Shown here: piece by piece, positions 29,820 to 40,162 of the stretch
Numbering within the stretch: position 1 is the stretch's first letter
How the letters are laid out: each line of letters opens with the position of its first letter
Source of the DNA: Bdellovibrionales bacterium
GTDB lineage: Bacteria; Bdellovibrionota; Bdellovibrionia; Bdellovibrionales; UBA1609
Direction: 5' to 3'
DNA length: 64,000 nt
NCBI GenBank assembly: GCA_965199825.1
Contig: OZ241329.1
Coordinates: 2,592,001 to 2,656,000 of the forward strand
Program-made: the position numbers and the translations under genes
The notes under the pieces: model-generated
What the model was told of the DNA's origin: nothing
Seen by the model: only the letters and a program-made list of their open reading frames with translations
The model's database searches: none

Positions 29820-31733
29820 ATGAAAAAGGCTGAAATTAAAATTTTATTGGTCGAAGACGAAGTGAGCGCCGGCAAAAGCCTTGCCGAAATCATAAAACGT
29901 GCAGGGTTTTCGTGCCTTTGGGCCAAAACTCCAAGCGAAGCTTTAAACTTTTTAAAGCTCCAAACGATGCACCTGGCGATTGTCGATTGTCTTTTGCCCC
30001 AGACGAACGGTGTGGATCTTGTGACCCAGTTGCGGAAGCTTCAGGGTGAAAGTTTTCCCGTTTTGATGATGTCTGGGATTTTTAAAGATCCTCAGTTCGC
30101 TGAAGACGTCATCATCAAAACAAATGCTGTTCAATTTTTTCATAAGCCGATTGTGGCGATGAATTTGATTCGATGTTTGGATGATTATTTTGGTGATCAG
30201 ATCGAGGCGGCACTCCCTCCCCAAGAGGCGGGCTCACTCAAAGAACGGCTCACCCCCGAAGAAACTCTCAACACCCTTTCGCAGACCGGAAGTCTTCATG
30301 GCTTTCAGTTGCCTCAGCTGATTGCGATGGTTCTTTCGAGCGAACTCTCGGGACATCTCAATTTGATTGAACGCAGTGGTGAGTTGTCTTCACTGACCTT
30401 TCATAAGGGTCAGATTGCGGGAGTAAATAAACGTCATAGTAAATCTTTTTTTGGTGTGCTCGTGGTCGAACGCGGACTTGCGACCGAGGCTGAAATCAAC
30501 GAAGTTTTAAATATGACTTCACCAAAGCCCATTGGTGAGCGACTGGTCGAAAAAGGGATCTTAAGCCCTCATATGATCAAGATTATTCGGACCGAGCAAA
30601 TGCGCTTGAGACTTGCACAAACTATCGATGATACATCGTACGATATTAATTTTTTAGAAGAAGAAACCCCTGTTCCCGATATCTCAATCGATTACAATGA
30701 TTTTACCCAAATGTTTTTTGATTGGTGCTGGTCAAAGATAAAAATCAATTGGCTGAATGCTTATTTTTTACCACTCGGAACATATGAGCTTCAGATTCGT
30801 AATGCTCAAGAATTTCAAAAATTGGTGGCCAACTTTCATTTTCCATTTCAACTGACACCCGGAAATTCGATCACTCAGTTTTTTAATAATCACCCAGATC
30901 AAACCGAAAGTGTGATTCGCGCCCTTTATTTCTTACTCGTATTAAAACGTCTGTTTTTAAAATTGCCAGCAAAACCCAATGTCAATTTTGATCTCGAGAT
31001 CACCCGTCTTGACAGACTTTACAGTGAGCTTGTGGACGCCGATCCGTTTGCGGTCTTAGGTGTAGGCAAAAATGCTCGGTCCAAGGATATAAATAAATCC
31101 TATTTGGATATGGCAAAAATTCTTCATCCTGACAAAGTCCCGCCCGAGGCCCCTCAGCAGCTCAAAGATCTTTCACAAAAAATCTTTGCACTGATTAATA
31201 AAAGCCACGAGCAAATCAAAGATGAAACCAGAAGATCTGAATACCTTCGCTCGCAAGAAATTGGTAATGCTCGAGACGCTTTTGTGGTCGAAAATGAATT
31301 AACCCAAGTTCGACAGTTGTTAAATAAAAACAGAATAAAAGAGGCTCACGAAATTTTATCGGCTCTCCCCGATTCTAAAACTCACGAAACAGAAATTCGT
31401 TTGTTTAGATGTTGGGTTCAGGTGAAGCGAAAAATTTCACCCGATCATGAAATCGAGATGGCCCAAAAATTACGAGAAGAATTAAATTACATTCCGCCCG
31501 AGGATCGTCACACAGCGCTGTACTTTTTTGTGCGCGCCTCAATTTATCGATTAGGCCGAAACCTCGAGCGTGCTCATGTTAATTTTCAACGCTGCTTGTC
31601 TCTTGATTCGCAGTTTTCTGAAGCCGCGGTTGAGCTCGGTGCAATCGAAGCCCAAATGACCGAAGCGAGCCGCTTTAAATTTTTCGACACGGTTGTTAGT
31701 AAATTGATCGGCACTAAGAAGAAGGCCGTTTAA
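29820..31733 (+). CDS. Response regulator receiver + DUF4388-like + J-domain + TPR protein
   Basis: Receiver LLVED..IVDCLLP..KP, then SGHLNL..FHKGQI, a J-domain PFAVLGV..LHPDK and C-terminal TPR helices. Confidence 0.8.
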   Translation: MKKAEIKILLVEDEVSAGKSLAEIIKRAGFSCLWAKTPSEALNFLKLQTMHLAIVDCLLPQTNGVDLVTQLRKLQGESFPVLMMSGIFKDPQFAEDVIIKTNAVQFFHKPIVAMNLIRCLDDYFGDQIEAALPPQEAGSLKERLTPEETLNTLSQTGSLHGFQLPQLIAMVLSSELSGHLNLIERSGELSSLTFHKGQIAGVNKRHSKSFFGVLVVERGLATEAEINEVLNMTSPKPIGERLVEKGILSPHMIKIIRTEQMRLRLAQTIDDTSYDINFLEEETPVPDISIDYNDFTQMFFDWCWSKIKINWLNAYFLPLGTYELQIRNAQEFQKLVANFHFPFQLTPGNSITQFFNNHPDQTESVIRALYFLLVLKRLFLKLPAKPNVNFDLEITRLDRLYSELVDADPFAVLGVGKNARSKDINKSYLDMAKILHPDKVPPEAPQQLKDLSQKIFALINKSHEQIKDETRRSEYLRSQEIGNARDAFVVENELTQVRQLLNKNRIKEAHEILSALPDSKTHETEIRLFRCWVQVKRKISPDHEIEMAQKLREELNYIPPEDRHTALYFFVRASIYRLGRNLERAHVNFQRCLSLDSQFSEAAVELGAIEAQMTEASRFKFFDTVVSKLIGTKKKAV

Positions 31734-32322
31734 AAAGCTTTCTTACGAAATTTCTGCGATCCTCATCTAATTCTTCAACATTTTCTGTTGTCTCTTCTTT
31801 TCGAACTTGCTTAACCACATCGCGCACAAACTTCGCACCAAAATTCTGATGCGGCGAAGGTTCTAGATTTTTTATGGCTGCCTGCATCCTTTGCTCACGT
31901 GCCGAGCCCTCGGTGGCTATGGACCCCGATTGGGTCAACGTGCTCCGAATCCGGTTGTACTTTTCCAAAATCGGCTCAAACGGAAGATTGCCAAGCTGGG
32001 CAATTGATTTAAGCAAATCCTGAACATTGATCGGTGACGGCAAAAGATAATCGGCTTGATCCAAATCGGTTTGCGAATCAATTTTGTTTTGTGGAACAAA
32101 AACAATTGCTTTGGGTTTTTGTTTCACATTTTTAAGAAGGTCCATCCCGTAGTTGGAAGAACGAAGCGAGAATAAAACAATCTCAGGGTGGAAGGTTAAG
32201 TAGGCGGTGGCAAAACCGCGCTCACCCATCAGCGCATCCACATCAAATCCGGTTTTTTTTAGAACTGACTGGATAAAAATCATCTCATTATAATCGTCAG
32301 TAACTAAAAAAATTCGCATCAT
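31714..32322 (-). CDS. Atypical receiver-domain protein
   Basis: RIFLVTDD..LKKTGFDV..PEIVLFS..SPIN. The phosphoacceptor Asp appears to be absent. Confidence 0.6.
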   Translation of the reverse strand: MMRIFLVTDDYNEMIFIQSVLKKTGFDVDALMGERGFATAYLTFHPEIVLFSLRSSNYGMDLLKNVKQKPKAIVFVPQNKIDSQTDLDQADYLLPSPINVQDLLKSIAQLGNLPFEPILEKYNRIRSTLTQSGSIATEGSAREQRMQAAIKNLEPSPHQNFGAKFVRDVVKQVRKEETTENVEELDEDRRNFVRKLFKRPSS

Positions 32323-32400
32323 AGATTGCAGTATAAATTAGCTATGCCTTTTTGTACCAATAAAGAGTACGGTGAGGTCTAGAATATCAAGGAGAAATTG

Positions 32401-33300
32401 ATGCTTAAAGAAAGAGTAGAAACCATTTCGCTACCCGCTCGTCAGTTTACGGTGGACGGACCTAAGTCAAAGGTGCAAATCGGCAGTGGTCATGGTCTCT
32501 CGGTGATCTCGGGCCCTTGCGTGATCGATTCAAAAGAGCTCGTAATGAAAACCGCAAGAGCGCTTACCGATATCTGTCAGCGCGTCGGTGTGGGTCTTAT
32601 TTTTAAAAGTTCTTACGAAAAAGATAATCGCGGCACCGAAAAAAATTGGCGCGGTCCTATGGCCGAAGAAGGTCTTAAAATTTTGCGCGAAGTGCGAAAT
32701 GAATTTGGCATTCCGGTCCTCACCGATATTCACCGTATCGAAGATGTTAAGATGGTGGCCGAGTATGTGGATGTGCTCCAAGTGCCCGCTTACATGTGTC
32801 AGCAAACCTCACTTGTTATGGCGTGTGGTGAGACAGGCAAAGCGGTCAATATTAAAAAAGGTCAATTTTTAGCACCCGAAACAATGGACGGCGTGATCAG
32901 CAAGTTTCGTTCAACCGGAAATCAAAACGTATTGTTAACCGAGCGTGGAGCTTGCTTCGGATACAATCGGCTTGTTGCCGATATGCGCTCGATTCCAATC
33001 ATGCAGCAAATTGGAGTGGCGGCCTGCTTTGATGCGACCCATGTGGTCAGACTGTACGGAATTTCGAGTGCGGACCCCAATGGTGGAGAGCCTCGATTTG
33101 TTCCCCATCTGACTCTTGCCGCGGTGGCAGCAGGTGCAGATGCTCTGTTTTTAGAAGCTCATCCAGAACCGATGGAAGCCAAATGTGATGCGGCCTCGCA
33201 ACTGCGCCTATCGAATATGGAAAGCCTTTTAAAGATGGCTCAAGCGGTTCGTAAAGCCATTGGAACTCCCGAAAACGTAGGTATGATGAAGTCGCTCTAA
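32401..33300 (+). CDS. kdsA: KDO8P synthase (KdsA)-family enzyme, divergent
   Basis: GPCVID, NIKKGQFLAP, TERG..FGYNRLV.DMR, FDATH and FLEAHP..AKCD. The KANRS motif reads KDNRG. Confidence 0.85.
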   Translation: MLKERVETISLPARQFTVDGPKSKVQIGSGHGLSVISGPCVIDSKELVMKTARALTDICQRVGVGLIFKSSYEKDNRGTEKNWRGPMAEEGLKILREVRNEFGIPVLTDIHRIEDVKMVAEYVDVLQVPAYMCQQTSLVMACGETGKAVNIKKGQFLAPETMDGVISKFRSTGNQNVLLTERGACFGYNRLVADMRSIPIMQQIGVAACFDATHVVRLYGISSADPNGGEPRFVPHLTLAAVAAGADALFLEAHPEPMEAKCDAASQLRLSNMESLLKMAQAVRKAIGTPENVGMMKSL

Positions 33301-33302
33301 CA

Positions 33303-34406
33303 ATGGAGCTTCTTCGCGCACGACTTGCATTTCGCTATTTGTTTTCTGAAGTGCTCCCAAGTTTCCTCTTGGGAGTCTTTGTTTTTGTATTTATTCTTTT
33401 ATCTTTTCAAGCGCTACGACTCACCGAATTTATTCTGATCCACGGGGTAAGTTTTAATATCGTCGGCCAAATGGTTTTATTTTTGGCAACATCCTTTTTG
33501 CCGGTGATTTTACCGATGAGCTTGCTGTTTGCGGCACTGCTCACTTTTTCACGACTCTCGCAGGATTCTGAAATTGTAGCTTTTAGATCTTTGGGACTAA
33601 ATAATTTCCATTTAATGATGCCCGTTTTGTTATTGGCGGTAATGACAACAATCATTTCGGCCCAAACCTCGTTTTACATTGCGCCTTGGGGCAATCGCCA
33701 GTTTGAAGTTTTAATTCATGAATTGGGCAAATCAAAAGCAACCGCAACCATTCGGGAAGGTGTATTTTCGGAAGGCTTTTTTGATATGGTGATTTATGCC
33801 AATGAGGTCGATTCAAAAAGTAATGTGTTAAAAAAAGTTTTTATTTATGATGAGCGCGATCCTAAAACTCCCCTCACCATTATCGCCAAAGAAGCCAAAA
33901 TCATAAAAGGTGAAAAAGAAGACGACGCCACAGTTTTGCGCCTTATCGATGGCGACATTCACCGCACGCAAGAGCAATCCTACACAAAAATTCGGTTTGA
34001 TCAGCACGAAATTATTTTGTTTGATGAAAAGCAATTTGGGGCACGCCAGAAATCTCTTCCCTCTTACAACATCGATGAGCTCCACCGAAAGATTGTGGAT
34101 CCCTCGACCGAAAAGCCGCAGCGGCTCGCCTTTCAGGTTGAGTTCCATCGCCGTTGGGCTCTGAGTTTTGGCTGCATTATTTTTGCCTTACTCGGTTTTG
34201 GATTAGGAACAGTCACAAACCGGCGAAGTGTGCGCTCGGGGGGATTTGTGATCTGTCTTACCGTACTGATTTCTTATTGGATGCTTTATATTGCGGCCGA
34301 AGCCTTTGCCAAAAGAGATCTCATTCCGCCAGCTCTTGCGATTTGGAGTGTGAACTTTCTTTTTCTAGGCATTGCGGCATGGGCAATAAAGAGGTCCACA
34401 ACTTAA
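33303..34406 (+). CDS. lptF: LPS export ABC transporter permease LptF
   Basis: RYLFSE, RLSQDSEIVAFRSLG, a periplasmic jellyroll and EFHRRW. Confidence 0.9.
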   Translation: MELLRARLAFRYLFSEVLPSFLLGVFVFVFILLSFQALRLTEFILIHGVSFNIVGQMVLFLATSFLPVILPMSLLFAALLTFSRLSQDSEIVAFRSLGLNNFHLMMPVLLLAVMTTIISAQTSFYIAPWGNRQFEVLIHELGKSKATATIREGVFSEGFFDMVIYANEVDSKSNVLKKVFIYDERDPKTPLTIIAKEAKIIKGEKEDDATVLRLIDGDIHRTQEQSYTKIRFDQHEIILFDEKQFGARQKSLPSYNIDELHRKIVDPSTEKPQRLAFQVEFHRRWALSFGCIIFALLGFGLGTVTNRRSVRSGGFVICLTVLISYWMLYIAAEAFAKRDLIPPALAIWSVNFLFLGIAAWAIKRSTT

Positions 34407-35217
34407 GATCTAAGCTGTCTCTCAGAGGATAAGCCCCGAGATGGATCAGATCGAGCGCCCCCCGCCCCTTGGTCGCCATTGGAGAAACCGGCAACGTTGC
34501 CACTCGTCGGTCCAGCTCTAGCGCCCACTCTGCAGTCATTCGACTGCCCGATCTTTGATTGGCTTCGACCACAAAAACACCATTCGCTAAACTTGCAATC
34601 AACCGATTGCGCGCAAAAAAATGACCTTTATGCATCGGGGTAAATACATTGTATTGAGATGCGAATCCACCGCCGGTGGAGAGGATAAGGTCTTTGTATT
34701 TTAAAAAATCTTTTGGGTACATATTAAGAAGTCCTGAAGGCAAAACCGCAAGTGTCGGACAATTCGCTTTTGCAGCAATCAGATGGGCTTGTTGATCAAT
34801 TCCTCTAGCACCTCCGCTTAAAATTGCGAACTTGGGATCTAGGCAAAAATCCGACAGATGAACTCTTAAAAAATCGGCGCTGTCTTCGCTCGGTTCACGG
34901 CTGCCGACCACTGCGAGCAATCGTTTTGTCATCCAAATCGGTTTACCCCAATAGATCCAAAATTGTGGTGGGTGCTCGAGCAAATAAAATTCTAGGGGAT
35001 AATTTTGATCAAAGGGACAGGTCCAATGGATGTCTTGATCAATTAAAATTTGTTTATGGGCGTCAATTGTTAAGACCCAATTTTTAAAGGTCAGGTTTTT
35101 ATACGAAAGTGCACAAAATATGTGTTCGTCGTTATCGAATTTACGATTAAAAAATTCGATCGGGATTTTACTCCCGAGCATTGCGGAGAGAGACAGAATT
35201 TCTTGTGCTGATGTCAT
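34321..35217 (-). CDS. dprA: DNA-processing protein DprA
   Basis: AVVGSR, SGGARGIDQQAH, FFARNRLIA and VVEANQRSGS. Confidence 0.93.
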   Translation of the reverse strand: MTSAQEILSLSAMLGSKIPIEFFNRKFDNDEHIFCALSYKNLTFKNWVLTIDAHKQILIDQDIHWTCPFDQNYPLEFYLLEHPPQFWIYWGKPIWMTKRLLAVVGSREPSEDSADFLRVHLSDFCLDPKFAILSGGARGIDQQAHLIAAKANCPTLAVLPSGLLNMYPKDFLKYKDLILSTGGGFASQYNVFTPMHKGHFFARNRLIASLANGVFVVEANQRSGSRMTAEWALELDRRVATLPVSPMATKGRGALDLIHLGAYPLRDSLDLKLWTSLLPMPQCLEKESSHSKSQELAE

Positions 35218-35267
35218 AGTGCAAAAAGACTCTGCAAATAATCGATCAGCCTAAATGTTTTTTAAAA

Positions 35268-36551
35268 TCAGTAAGAGGACATGCGCACACGGTTGTCGGA
35301 AACTCGGGTATCCGGATGAAGCCCACCTTGGCCTGTGACATCACCCGTACGAATCTCTTGAAAGGCTCGCACAATAACCGCAGTAGCAAAACGGGGTTGG
35401 ATGTTGATCACTTTCATGTAGCCAATCGGTGCAACCGTTTCTTTCACAATCGTTGAGGGATTTCTAACCACAATGGTAGAGCGAACCGGCAAAATCTGAT
35501 TGATACTGACACCATCGTCAGATCCGCGGTTGATATAGACAATCGATCGATCGCCATAATAATTCATCTCTTCGGAGCCAACGCCACCAATAATCTGTGC
35601 AACGATTTGGCTTCGAGGACCATTTGAACTGAACTCATAAACCGAAAGTGTTGATTTCACCAAATCACTTTGTGCGGTCACCGTGGTAATCGATTTTTCA
35701 ACCAGTGCACGAAACACTTCGTAGGGGCTTGATTGTTTTACGCTTTCAACTCGCTCGATCACCCGCATTTGACCTTGAATTTCGATCACCCGTTCAAGAC
35801 CCATGCGCTCAAGATCGTTGACCTCACTCTTTATTTTACCCCGATCTTTAATTGCGGTTAAGACGTCGCCCACTTGAATATTGCCCTTTGTCGATTCGAT
35901 AAACACATATTGGTTTTGGGCGGCGGCAAAGTTGGCGCCCTCAACCTCGACAATATGACCCAATGATTGAGGAAAAGTTTGTGTGATGTACGAAGGGAGA
36001 TAAGAGCGGTCGATCAGAGCTTTTCGTTTTACGCGCTGAAAGCTTACACCTTTTGCTCCATAGAGCGAAGTTTTAGACGCCATCCAGTTAGGCAAACTAT
36101 CCGGAATGGTCCTTAATACCGGCTTAAATTCTTGAGTGGCGGTGGGGATTTCGTCTTCTTCGTTTCGCGAAACTCGTTTTGTCTTTGCGGGCTTGTCATC
36201 TCCCTCTTCGCCGTTTTCGGTGATGGTGAAAGAGGGTGCGTCCGATTCATCCCCCAAAATAAAACGAATGCTATTTCCTTCGGTAATCAGATGTGGATTT
36301 ACAATTTCACTATTGACCGACCAGATTTTGGGCCAATAATTTCCATCCCCAAAAAAAACTTTGCTCACTCCCCAAAGAGTGTCGTGATTTTGTATTTGGT
36401 AAGATTCACTGGCGCGAGTGCCAACGAGCTCATGCCACTCATCGGAGCTCATTTTTTGATTGTGATAATTAACGTAAATATCATGAAGTTGAGATTCGAG
36501 CTGGAGATCAGGCTGGCTCGCAAAGGCATACATCAGCAAAAATATTTTCAT
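35268..36551 (-). CDS. LysM-domain exported protein
   Basis: YQIQNHDTLWGVS..FGDGNYWPKIWSVN..NPHLI. This LysM family commonly precedes dprA. Confidence 0.85.
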   Translation of the reverse strand: MKIFLLMYAFASQPDLQLESQLHDIYVNYHNQKMSSDEWHELVGTRASESYQIQNHDTLWGVSKVFFGDGNYWPKIWSVNSEIVNPHLITEGNSIRFILGDESDAPSFTITENGEEGDDKPAKTKRVSRNEEDEIPTATQEFKPVLRTIPDSLPNWMASKTSLYGAKGVSFQRVKRKALIDRSYLPSYITQTFPQSLGHIVEVEGANFAAAQNQYVFIESTKGNIQVGDVLTAIKDRGKIKSEVNDLERMGLERVIEIQGQMRVIERVESVKQSSPYEVFRALVEKSITTVTAQSDLVKSTLSVYEFSSNGPRSQIVAQIIGGVGSEEMNYYGDRSIVYINRGSDDGVSINQILPVRSTIVVRNPSTIVKETVAPIGYMKVINIQPRFATAVIVRAFQEIRTGDVTGQGGLHPDTRVSDNRVRMSSY

Positions 36552-37048
36552 AATTTACCACTCTTTAAGTTTTTGAGTTCGACACCCGCTCTATAAGCTT
36601 CCACCGATTCTGGATACTCCCCACGCAATTGTTCCAAAACATGATGGGCGGGTTCATTGAGATTTAATTTTTTTAAGACCACACCTTTAGCAAGTAATGA
36701 GCTTGCTCGCTTGTTTCCGAGTGGATACTCGCGTGCGATGGTGTCAAAAGACTTGATCGATTCGGCGAGTTTATTTTTTTGTATTTCTAAAAGACCGCGA
36801 AAATAAAGTGCGTTGTCATTCAAAGGGGATTGTGGAAAATATTTGTGAAGCATCTCTTGAGCTCTTACAAGCTCCAAAATTTTGCCCGCACGATAGTTTT
36901 CTAGCACCCGGGTGTAAAGCATGTTTTCACCCTCAGGGAAAATTGCACCGGCACTGGACGCCGTGGAAACCGCCGCAAAAGTGGTTGCCGCACCGATCAG
37001 TCCGACCACAAACAGGATTACTAACCCGAAATCCAACTTTAGTTTCAT
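36548..37048 (-). CDS. TPR protein, CpoB/YbgF/BamD-like repeats
   Basis: FPQSPLNDNALY..YPLGNKRASSLL..YPES. Start taken at ATG 37048. Confidence 0.75.
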   Translation of the reverse strand: MKLKLDFGLVILFVVGLIGAATTFAAVSTASSAGAIFPEGENMLYTRVLENYRAGKILELVRAQEMLHKYFPQSPLNDNALYFRGLLEIQKNKLAESIKSFDTIAREYPLGNKRASSLLAKGVVLKKLNLNEPAHHVLEQLRGEYPESVEAYRAGVELKNLKSGKL

Positions 37049-37416
37049 CGTGCCCCCATCCGTTATGGTGAACCAACTTTTTGGAACATGCAAAGTGATT
37101 GCGGCTATTTAGAAATGAAAGGAAATAGGAACCCATTAATTTTTGTTTGATCAGGTTTAAGAATTATCCACATCAAATGTGGAAATTGACTCGATCAAGA
37201 CCTTGGACTTGAGCTCAGTCAGGGGTTTCAGCGAAATGCTGAAACAACTTGCAGTAGATAACCTATCAGAATCTTAAGATTTATCAGTTCGTCCCGTCTT
37301 GTGATTTTAGACTTGAGTAAGAATCTTACATCTCCGGATTCGGATACTTTAAAGGCCTTTTACGCCCCTAAAAGGGCCGCAGCCCAAGGTCCAGATTTTG
37401 TAATGAGGCTTTAAAA

Positions 37417-38280
37417 ATGTGGCAACTTTTAATCTTTTTCTGGGTATTGGCGATTTTTAAACTCATCCCCATGGGCGATGTTTTGCTGATGCTGGGTACT
37501 TATTCACAAAACATTTGTGTTCGAATGTTGCCACCGTCAGCAAGCCTTGAAATCCAATCGGCACTGATATGTGGAGTAAAACTTAAAGGTCAAAATTATG
37601 AAATTTTAAAAACTTTAAACCTGATACATGTGATCATGGCCTCGGGCGCAGTCCTTTTTTGGCTGGAAAGAGCCTTAAAACCATTTGCAAATATTTACCG
37701 CAAATTATTATTGCTCGGATTTTATTTTTTTTCGGGCTGCCATCCTTCAATTCTTCGCTGTTTGATACATCAGTCACTTTTTAAAAATTCAAAATCATTG
37801 TCGGTGAGCTTAAGCCTTTTGTGTTCGGGGATTGCAGCGTGGCTTTTGATGGATCACTCTTATATTCTAATTTTATCTTGGGCCTGCGCTATTTTATTTT
37901 CCTGGGCCAATATGCTTTCACAAAATCTATTTATTAAAGCCTTATTTTTTTATATTGGGTTTTTGCCGTTTTCTTATTCAATGGGGCTGACCCATCCCTT
38001 ATCAATTTTGGCTTATCTTCTTTTTGCAACCTCATTGAGCGCAATATTTTTGCCTTTGTCGCTCTCTTGCATTGTGTGTCCGCCGCTCACATCGATTTTT
38101 GATATCACATGGAATTATTTTTTCCTTTTAGCGCAGAGTATAACTCCCTATCTTGTGACAGGAAAACAAAACGTATTTATCTCAATATCGCATTTGGTTT
38201 TTTATACCGCACTGATTCAAGTTGGATTTTATTTTTTTGAAATGTGGAAAGTCCGTCGGCTATGGCGCGCGCTGGTTTAG
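37417..38280 (+). CDS. ComEC-like competence membrane domain (stand-alone, reduced)
   Basis: ALICG..LNLIHVIMASG resembles G.LH.LAISG, and PSILR is present. Multi-TM and coupled to the following MBL gene. Confidence 0.6.
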   Translation: MWQLLIFFWVLAIFKLIPMGDVLLMLGTYSQNICVRMLPPSASLEIQSALICGVKLKGQNYEILKTLNLIHVIMASGAVLFWLERALKPFANIYRKLLLLGFYFFSGCHPSILRCLIHQSLFKNSKSLSVSLSLLCSGIAAWLLMDHSYILILSWACAILFSWANMLSQNLFIKALFFYIGFLPFSYSMGLTHPLSILAYLLFATSLSAIFLPLSLSCIVCPPLTSIFDITWNYFFLLAQSITPYLVTGKQNVFISISHLVFYTALIQVGFYFFEMWKVRRLWRALV

Positions 38281-38987
38281 CTTTCTTATTCATTTTGTTT
38301 CTTCCCTCGTTGATTTCTTTTGATTCGTTCAATGAGGCTGTGGTTTGGAATGTGGGCCAAGGCCAATGGATCACTTTTTCTTTAAACGATGTCTGTTTGC
38401 ATTTTGATATGGGTGGCGAGATGAATCCTCTCCAAAATGTATGGCGTCTCTGTCATACAAAGGAAAATCACGCTTTTTTTTCACACTGGGATCAGGATCA
38501 TCTCAATTTTTTAAAAACGGCGGCACAAAAACTTGGGGTTTGTCTCGAACAAGCTCCAAAGGGCTTAAGCCCCTCAGATCATAAACAAGAACTTGTCGCA
38601 GCCCTCTTACCTTGTGAATCAAAATCGAAGGAAGTCGAAATTTTTGCTAAACAAAAACTAATGACTGTTTCAAATGATGGCTACATTTACGTGGTCCATC
38701 GCACATGGTTGTTGACCGCGGACTCTCCCCAAAAGGCCGAGCGGCAATGGATTAAGAAATCCTTACCTTTTATAAATATAAAATATTTTGTGATTGGACA
38801 TCATGGGAGCAAATCCAGTTCGAGCCATCAGCTATTAGCCAAATTAAAAAATGTCGAAGTCGCCGTAGCATCGCAAAGACTGAAGCGCTACGGCCATCCT
38901 CACCGTGAAGTGATCCAAAAATTAAGAGATATGGGACTTCAACCGCTGCTCACCGAAAGTTTTGGGCATTTGCACTTTCGGCTTTAA
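38262..38987 (+). CDS. ComEC-type metallo-beta-lactamase fold domain
   Basis: NVGQG, FDMG, SHWDQDH, GHHGSKSSS and YGHPH. Confidence 0.85.
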   Translation: MARAGLAFLFILFLPSLISFDSFNEAVVWNVGQGQWITFSLNDVCLHFDMGGEMNPLQNVWRLCHTKENHAFFSHWDQDHLNFLKTAAQKLGVCLEQAPKGLSPSDHKQELVAALLPCESKSKEVEIFAKQKLMTVSNDGYIYVVHRTWLLTADSPQKAERQWIKKSLPFINIKYFVIGHHGSKSSSSHQLLAKLKNVEVAVASQRLKRYGHPHREVIQKLRDMGLQPLLTESFGHLHFRL

Positions 38988-40090
38988 TTTTTAAAAGCCC
39001 GATACTCCATATTCAGATCACGCGCCACTGGCTCATACGACACAAAGCCGCCGTACACATTGAGCCCTTTTAATAATAATGGATCTTTTGTGACCGCAGC
39101 CTCGACGCCAAGGCTTGCGAGCATCGATGCATAACGAAATGTCGAGTTGGTTAAAGCATACGTGCTCGTGCGCGCAACAACACCTGGCATATTCGGCACA
39201 CAATAATGAATCACGTTATCAACCTCAAAGGTAGGATTCGTGTGTGAGGTGGGCTGACACGTTTCGATGCATCCCCCTTGATCTACCGCAACATCCACGA
39301 CCACACTGCCCGATCCCATCGACTGAATCATTTTTTTAGTCACAAGTTTTGGAGCTTTGCGACCTGTGACTAAAACTCCGCCGATCAACAGATCTGTTTT
39401 TTCAACACACGCTTCAATATTTTGCATGTTTGAGTACAGAGTTTTGATTCGTCCTTGAAAAATATGATCAAGATATTCGAGGCGAGCGTGATTGACATCC
39501 AAGATGGTCACATCTGCACCAAGACCCACCGCCATTTTTGCGGCGTTGACTCCGACAACTCCGCCACCAATGATCGTGACCTGCCCGCGCTCAACTCCTG
39601 TCACACCACCAAGCAAGATTCCTTTGCCGCCATGATCTTTTTGTAAGTAATAAGCCCCAATTTGTGTGGCCATGCGTCCCGCAACTTCACTCATTGGGGT
39701 CAGGAGCGGAAGGGTCCCATCTAGAGCTTCAATCGTTTCGTAAGCCACCGCCTTTACTTTTCGCTCACACAAAACTTTAGTGAGTCGAGGTTCAGCGGCG
39801 AGATGGAGATAGGTGTAAAGAATCTGATTTTCTTTTAACAGGGGATACTCATCGGGCAAGGGTTCTTTGACCTTTACGATCATTTCACTCTGCGAATAGA
39901 CAGAGGCCTTATCATCCAAGATTTTTGCACCTGCCCGCTCGTACTGCTCATTTAAAATACGACTGCCGAGGCCTGCATCTTTTTCGACATAAACGGTATG
40001 ACCCTCGGAGACGAGTTGCTTGACTCCGGCTTCGGTCATACCCACCCGATTTTCGCTAATTTTAATTTCTTTTGGAACACCAACAATCAT
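38984..40090 (-). CDS. ald: Alanine dehydrogenase
   Basis: [33 protein letters not shown] and HYCVPNMPG. Confidence 0.97.
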   Translation of the reverse strand: MIVGVPKEIKISENRVGMTEAGVKQLVSEGHTVYVEKDAGLGSRILNEQYERAGAKILDDKASVYSQSEMIVKVKEPLPDEYPLLKENQILYTYLHLAAEPRLTKVLCERKVKAVAYETIEALDGTLPLLTPMSEVAGRMATQIGAYYLQKDHGGKGILLGGVTGVERGQVTIIGGGVVGVNAAKMAVGLGADVTILDVNHARLEYLDHIFQGRIKTLYSNMQNIEACVEKTDLLIGGVLVTGRKAPKLVTKKMIQSMGSGSVVVDVAVDQGGCIETCQPTSHTNPTFEVDNVIHYCVPNMPGVVARTSTYALTNSTFRYASMLASLGVEAAVTKDPLLLKGLNVYGGFVSYEPVARDLNMEYRAFKN

Positions 40091-40162
40091 CTGATTTCCT
40101 CCTGTAAAAGCTAAGGCCTTTACAGTTAGACACCGCAAATAATTTGTTGGCTAGAGCTTTTG

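Noticed and set aside
37164..37186. Replication origin suggested by the DnaA box TTATCCACA
   Set aside because: Only one perfect and one degenerate box are present, with no dnaA/dnaN/gidA context. Kept only as a possible regulatory site.
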